Of a stretch of 44,706 nt of DNA, positions 38,687-44,706 are shown piece by piece; the first letter of the stretch is position 1; every line of letters starts with the position of its first letter. Below the pieces are notes generated by a model. It did no database searches and had not been told where the DNA came from. It saw nothing but the letters and a program-made list of their open reading frames with translations. The translations under genes and the position numbers were made by a program. This DNA comes from Octopus bimaculoides (Eukaryota), in contig NC_068987.1 of the NCBI RefSeq assembly GCF_001194135.2, forward strand, positions 26,176,049 through 26,220,754, written 5' to 3'.

Positions 38687-38734
<48 letters not shown>
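38450..38734. repeat. (TA)/(CA)/(TATG) microsatellite between gaps
   Basis: Direct reading. Confidence 0.93.
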
Positions 38735-40139
38735 NNNNNNNNNNNNNNNNNNNNNNNNNNNNNNNNNNNNNNNNNNNNNNNNNNNNNNNNNNNNNNNNNN
38801 NNNNNNNNNNNNNNNNNNNNNNNNNNNNNNNNNNNNNNNNNNNNNNNNNNNNNNNNNNNNNNNNNNNNNNNNNNNNNNNNNNNNNNNNNNNNNNNNNNNN
38901 NNNNNNNNNNNNNNNNNNNNNNNNNNNNNNNNNNNNNNNNNNNATAGTGAGGCCTAGTGTGTTTCTTTAGAATCGATAGAGCATTTACACTGAAGAATAC
39001 TGTATCGACTACTCAGTTTCTTCGCTCAGAACAACACTTCTTTCTAATCTAATCTTCAGTTGTCTCGCCATTCTTTCCGATGTCCGTCCATTTAAGGGGA
39101 AATTCATAATTTATTGATAAACCTTGTCAATATATTTTTCTTTTGAAATATGTGCTTGTTTAAGGCAACAGTAGACGTTTACATAGAATGTGCACTTGTT
39201 AATACAACTTCACTCATATTACAGAATCCTGACTATTGTTTTGACAAAAAAAAAAAAATGAACAGAAAAAAAGAAAAAGAAAAAGTAAAGAAAATATTTT
39301 CTTGTGCGTATAAACATTATTACATTTCTGATAAACATGACAGTATTTCGTTCAATGTAAGAATTATGTTAGATTGTCAATACAAACAAAGTCATCTAAA
39401 ATCATTGAGCCACGAAATACTTGGAGAATTTCATAGAGGTGGTATACGCTGTTATATTATTTATAGCAAATACGTTTCAACATAGATTATTATAAAAATG
39501 TTAAGGTTTTCTGTTTGTGCCGCAATATTGTTGTAAGATACCAAAACCAAAGTTGATTGACCACGAAGTTTTACTGTATCGTATAGTAATTGTCCCTCAT
39601 GTCGCCACTGCCGTCATTGTTGTTGCTGGAGTCCCAGGTCATCTCTGATCAAGATATTCTATTCGTGGCCATTTCAACTTATATTCAAGCATAATATATC
39701 TAGGAATACTTGATCCTATGCTTTCTTCCGTTAAGACAGCTAACGGATATTTGACTGTTATTTCTAACAGGCCAATCGACTTGGGGTAGGTAATTGGAAT
39801 CCATTTCGACCTCCAAACGAATGCTGGCATCATTCGGGTCACCAGAATTTCAATTCCTCTGTAGCATGTTTGAAAGTATAAAGAAACTTAAAAGAAAGAT
39901 AAAACATAAGTTGAAATTTATTTTACAGAATTGTTAATTTGTATATTCGTTTATTAATAGACATACATAAATATCTTTATTGCTCGTCTCTTTATGGGGG
40001 CTGATTCAATTTCTGTGTTACATTAAAAATTTGTAAACAATCTTGCATAATATTAATGATTGGTAAGGACACCGTTCTTTGTTGTGCAACCATGATATAC
40101 TACAAAGTATATTAAACGTTTTTATAAGCCACTATTGTG

Positions 40140-40910
40140 TTCTATTGTGTTAGCAGTGCTATTGCATCACTTGTTAAGTTTATCTCTACAGAATTTTTTT
40201 AATAGAAATTAAAGTCAGCAATGATTTTGTTATGACGTTTCATATCCAAGACGCACGATGTAAACAACAATGAGATCGAAAGTGACATATGTTTAATGAG
40301 CGTCTATACCATAGTTCAGGAGTTTTAAACCCATCCAGCCCATTATTAATCCACGAATTCACACATAGTGGTGTAACGTTTTTGGATATACCCGTTTCTC
40401 ATCTTGGATCATGTTGTTTACATCAGGCATCTTGGATACCAAGCGTCGTAACAAAATCAGAGCTGCCTATAATTGCTATTAAAACATCTGTAGAAACAAT
40501 CTTAAGTGATGCAATACTACCGCTAACACAATAGAATGCAGTATTTTTTAATACTTTGTAGTATATTGTAGTTGCATAACGAAATTCGGTGTCCCTACAG
40601 GTTCTTAATATTTACGCATCAGCTTCCAGGAATGTGTTTTCATAGGAAAATTGGTATATCCAACAGCGTTACACGGCTATATTTAGTGGCTATTTAAAGC
40701 AATGAGTTCGTGGATAATTAATAGGTTTGATGGGTGCTACTGATGAAGGAGCAAAAGCTCCCGAAATATGTCATATACATCCATCACCCATTTTCATCTT
40801 TAATCTCATTGTTGTTTACATCAAGCGTCTCGGATACGAAACTTCGTAACAAAATCTGTGCTGGCTTTAATTTCTATAGAAAAATCTCTAGTGATAACCT
40901 TAACAAGTGA
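40140..40910. repeat. Diverged triple inverted-repeat module (40140-40277 vs 40405-40536 vs 40803-40910; core about 40320-40395 vs about 40650-40735), probably PLE terminal repeats
   Basis: GATGTAAACAACA / TGTTGTTTACATC, TTTTGTTA / TAACAAAATC and CACTTGTTAAG / CTTAACAAGTG blocks recur in inverted orientation. Confidence 0.85.
40740..40772 (+). ncRNA. Degenerate hammerhead-ribozyme-like motif
   Basis: [CUGAUGA]-A-GGAGC(AAAA)GCUCC-C-[GAAA]UAUGUC; helix I pairing not evident. Confidence 0.5.
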
Positions 40911-41250
40911 AAAATTTTGCATAAATATATTTAATAGAATCTGACGAATTACTTTTATGAAGTATTATTATCAAAAAAAAAAAAAAAAAAGCAGAAAAAT
41001 GCCATCGATATCATTTAGGTTTCTTTTCGTGAAATATTTCCAGCTGCATGCCTCCAGTAAAGTCTATAGCCTAAGGATATTAAGCTGATATTTCTTTCAC
41101 CCCACTAGGCTCGAAGTCACTGCAAAAGGGTCAGAAGCGTTGCTTTTCCTTCTCTGATTAAGCTATATAACAAAAGTTGGATAATTTAACCCTAGATACA
41201 ATGTATTTGAAATAAAGAAACACATTAGAAATTGTAGTTCTAGACAGATT

Positions 41251-41615
41251 GTTGTTGTTGGCACTCCGTCGCTTACGACGTCGGGGGTTCCAGTTGATCC
41301 GATCAACGGAACAGCCTGCTCGTGAAATTAACGTGCAAGTGGCTGAGCACTCCACAGACACGTGTGCTCTTAACGTAGTTCTCAGGGATATTCAGCGTGA
41401 CACAGTGTGACAAGGCTGACCCTTTGAATTACAGGCACATCAGAAACAGGAAGAAAGAGTAAGAGAAAGTTGTGGTGAAAGAGTACAGCAGGGTTCACCA
41501 CCATCCCCCCGTGGAGCTTTAGGTGTTTTCGCTCAATAAACACTAACAACGCCCGGTCTAGGAATCGAAACCACGATCCTATGACCGCGAGTCCGCTGGG
41601 CCATTGCGCCTCCAC
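41251..41615 (-). mobile_element. Near-full-length tRNA-derived SINE with (AAC)n tail and 12-bp TSD
   Basis: Homologous to 19469-19806; TSD TCTAGACAGATT at 41239-41250 and 41616-41627. Confidence 0.95.
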
Positions 41616-42404
41616 TCTAGACAGATTATCTCCAAAACAAAACAAAATATGGGAAGTTTATGACTGGAGCAATTTTGATCAAAGGTCTGCTCGATTAGGA
41701 GGTAGAAAACAATAACCGCACTAACAGCAGCAACAAAAATGATAACAATCGTAGAAAGGGACTGTATTCAACTGCAAACTTTTATTATACTATACAATTA
41801 CTCTTTAATGTGGTAAGCTAAAACTTAGTGTGGTTGCTGCTAACTACCATGTAATTTGGATCAGTCCACTTGATGGTTATGTCATCATGTGTCTTCATCT
41901 GGATGTACCCCAGTGTGTGATATGAACAGTGGAATATCATTTGGCGGATGTAAACTCTCACTATACAAAAGAAAGAATGCCGTGGAGTCCCTAGTTGATA
42001 GACTATCAGAGAAGGAACCGGGAGATCAGATTGTTAGATTGTACTCATGTCTAACCCAATGAATTTTATTCTCATTGGCCCTTAAGTGTAATACATAACT
42101 CCAAGCAGCGTTAGCATTCTATAAATGAAGACGTGTTTTTCATATCCCTATTCAGAGAAGAAAAGGCAGCCCACATAATCCTCTTCAGAGTCTCTGAGAT
42201 TGACGAGAAAACGGAAGACTGATGGAAGGAAGGAAGGAAGAATGTTATTCTCTGACCAGAGAATTGACCAGAGAATTGCAACAGTGAGTACAGGAGTACC
42301 CGAGGATCGGACGGTGTTGTTAAAGCAGATGATTAATTATGTCTACCACCAACGAACAACGGTCTATCTAACGGGTTTCGGTACGGTCTATCTTTATCAA
42401 GTTC

Positions 42405-42500
42405 CACCCACAAGGCTTTGATCGATTTGAAGATAAGACAGAAACACCTGCTCAAGGTGTCACGCAGTAGGATCGGATACGAGGCTGCATAGTAACAAAA
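42405..42500 (-). mobile_element. Degenerate CORE-like SINE fragment
   Basis: CACAAGGCTTTGATCG...CACCTGCTCAAGGTGTCACGCAG resembles 37375-37440. Confidence 0.55.
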
Positions 42501-42669
42501 TGGATTTCTTGACAACGATGTCAACCCCTGTTTGTAGTACTAGGTTTAATTCCACTTACAAGCGAAATTTTCTGTTAAAAATGAGCCTTATATCTAGTGA
42601 AATATTTGTTTCTTAAGTATATGTTCTTCAGGTACAGAAACAAAACCAGCAGTCCATTTTTGTGGTGGT

Positions 42670-42800
42670 GGCGTAGGAGGAGCCAATACACTCGACCAAG
42701 TGTTTTCCATCGATTCCAAAAGGATGAAAGGTCAAGTCGACCACGGCGAGATTTGAACTCAGAATATAAAGCGCCATAACTAAATATTGCAAAACATTTT
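42670..42800 (-). mobile_element. Degenerate SINE fragment
   Basis: ATCGATTCCAAAAGGATGAAAGGTCAAGTCGACCACGGCGAGATTTGAACTCAGAA is the reverse complement of the family head/body. Confidence 0.7.
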
Positions 42801-44096
42801 ATAAACCCCTGCCCTTGTTTCTTAACTATATAATACTTTGGAAAATGTATAGTAAAGATTGGTGTAATAAAATAAAGATAGAAAAATACTGACATGGAAA
42901 TTATACACGCTAAAAATTAAATTTAAGTCGATTACTTGAGAACCTTTAAGAAAAAGTGGTTTGCAGACTCTGTTCAAGCTTTGTCTTATTTCTTTTATTC
43001 CGAAGAAAATAAACATAATGAAAAATAATTGCAAATGGCACAGTATTATCTGCCAGTCCCTTAGTCAAAGAACAGAAAATGTCAGATAACATAGACAGAA
43101 GAAAGAAGAAGCAAATCGTTCAAAGAAACAATTGAAATTCACTAGATAAACAGAATTTCCATATATAACGAGGTGAAAGTGTGGTGGTTGAGGAGACAGA
43201 GTAGATGTCAAGATAAGGAAAGATTTCATCAACATTGTTGCTAGGAAATACTGTTTTCGACTCGTTCAATATAAGTCTTTGTCAAAAAGAAATGTGGTGA
43301 CAAAGCCAAGGGCGAAAAACTCAAGGAACATTAATTAAATACGAGATAAGAAATTTAAATGTCATTTAATTATTTAAATATCATTTAATTATTTTTTTAT
43401 CTGTAGATATAGAACAGTTAAGAAGGTTAGTTATAAAATATTCAGCAGATTTAGTATGCTAAATTTTTATTAATTTTGAATATTGAATCTTCAGGTTCGT
43501 TTGTGTTAAATTCCTGGAAGTAAGATACTGTAATTTCTTCTCCAGAGAGTAACGTTAAAATCTGGAATCTGTGGAATTTTATCATAGTCTGTGTCGATAA
43601 AATACATGCCAGTAAATTTGGTTGCTGCATGTATGCGTAAAAAATGTGATATTTCGGAATACTCTATTATAGAATACATCTATAAAGTTTAGTTATTACT
43701 GTATGTATAGACATATATAAACATCTTGTCTGTAGACAGAATATATGTTGGTAGGACTGTTAACTGTCACTGAATTAATAATTTAAGTTTGTGACTAAGG
43801 CCTTTTGACCAAGAGTTGTCAAATAATGATTTTAAAAAGTTTGGAATATGAAGTAGATATTTTGTGAGATTCTTATTGTTGTTCAGCTTCAGATGAGCCC
43901 TGAATGAAGCATATCTTTGATCAGACTATCTCGACGTAGAGAATATCTAACGCTACATTGTCCAGTATGTTTTTCTTTCTTTTTAAGACAGATTGGCACA
44001 ATCGAAGGAGATTTGGTGGCTACTTCTAGAGGGGCTGATGATCAGATAAAGGCTCGTCAAATGAGAAGTGTCAATTTTTGATTAATATTCAGGTAC

Positions 44097-44263
44097 GCGT
44101 TTTAGCACACCGGAAAAAACGCTTAGTTCGAATTCCACCGCGACCAACTTTGCCTTTCATCCTTTCCGGGTCGATAAAATAAGTAACGATTGAGCACTGT
44201 GGTCGACGTAATCGACATACCACCCCCACCACAAATTGCTGGCCGTGTGCTAAAATTTGAAAC
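44097..44263 (+). mobile_element. Truncated SINE with 14-bp TSD
   Basis: Family body GTCGATAAAATAAG...GGTCGACGTAATCGAC...GTGCTAAAATTTGAAAC; TSD TAATATTCAGGTAC at 44083-44096 and 44264-44277. Confidence 0.92.
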
Positions 44264-44279
44264 TAATATTCAGGTACAT

Positions 44280-44706
44280 AGGGATATACTGAGTGAGGTT
44301 TGCCAAAAATTCTCAACGAACTGAAATTTACTTCTTCATCGGAGAAATTGTTATTTACATTATTTACATTTGACGGATATTTGTCCTCACCTTGTTTGTT
44401 GTTAATACGTTTCGGCTGATATACCCTCCAGCCTTCATCAGGTGTCTTGGGGAAATTTCGAACCTGGGATCTCATTCCTAAGGTATTTTTCGATGTTATT
44501 ATTATTATTGTTCAGTAGTTTTATTATTATCATTTTATGTTTGACTTTTGTTTTGCATTTGTACAAGTTGGATCCAAGTCTCACCCAGAGACCTCAAGAG
44601 ACAACAAGTTAGAAGTTCATGTAGGTGTTATACCTAGGGTACCATATATTTGGATTTGTACAGTTTTGTTCAAGTGAATGTTTAAGAAACCATAAGAAAA
44701 TTATGT
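44280..44706. mobile_element. Probable Penelope-like terminal (pseudo-LTR) region
   Basis: Carries a hammerhead-like motif and resembles PLE terminal sequence by recognition; runs off the window. Confidence 0.45.
44405..44446 (-). ncRNA. Hammerhead-ribozyme-like motif with damaged helix I
   Basis: Minus strand GACAC-[CUGAUGA]-A-GGCUG(GAGGGUAUAU)CAGCC-[GAAA]CGUA^UUAAC. Canonical core, 5-bp helix II and ACGU helix III, but the 3' strand of helix I does not pair with GACAC. Confidence 0.6.

Noticed and set aside
43680-43790. RIYVGRT GIY-YIG-like echo
   Set aside because: Too short and disrupted to call as a feature.

Overview
AT-rich eukaryotic, non-coding-looking DNA from a gapped draft assembly (about 10 N-gaps). 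The extreme di/tri/tetranucleotide microsatellite density and the tRNA-derived SINE families resemble octopus/coleoid cephalopod genomes (inference from recognition, not a database search). I cannot identify an intact host gene; only a few isolated splice-site-bounded candidate exons are visible. The window is a transposon graveyard: a near-full-length decayed DD34D mariner (about 3701-5047), several decayed Penelope-like element (PLE) RT/GIY-YIG fragments, an RLE-type (R4/Dong-like) non-LTR retrotransposon 3' half (23570-25025) plus two small pieces, an RTE-like remnant and at least three SINE families. The most unusual content is a set of fold-back structures: a perfect 137-bp-arm palindrome (3338-3621), a nested 708-bp foldback element (16125-16832), a direct-plus-inverted repeat (12325-13042) and a triple inverted module (40140-40910). 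There are also several minimal type I hammerhead-ribozyme-like motifs (3497-3537 and its mirror 3422-3462, 23174-23209, 40740-40772, 44405-44446), all with one extra purine after the CUGANGA core. All alignments were done by eye; boundaries of decayed elements are approximate.
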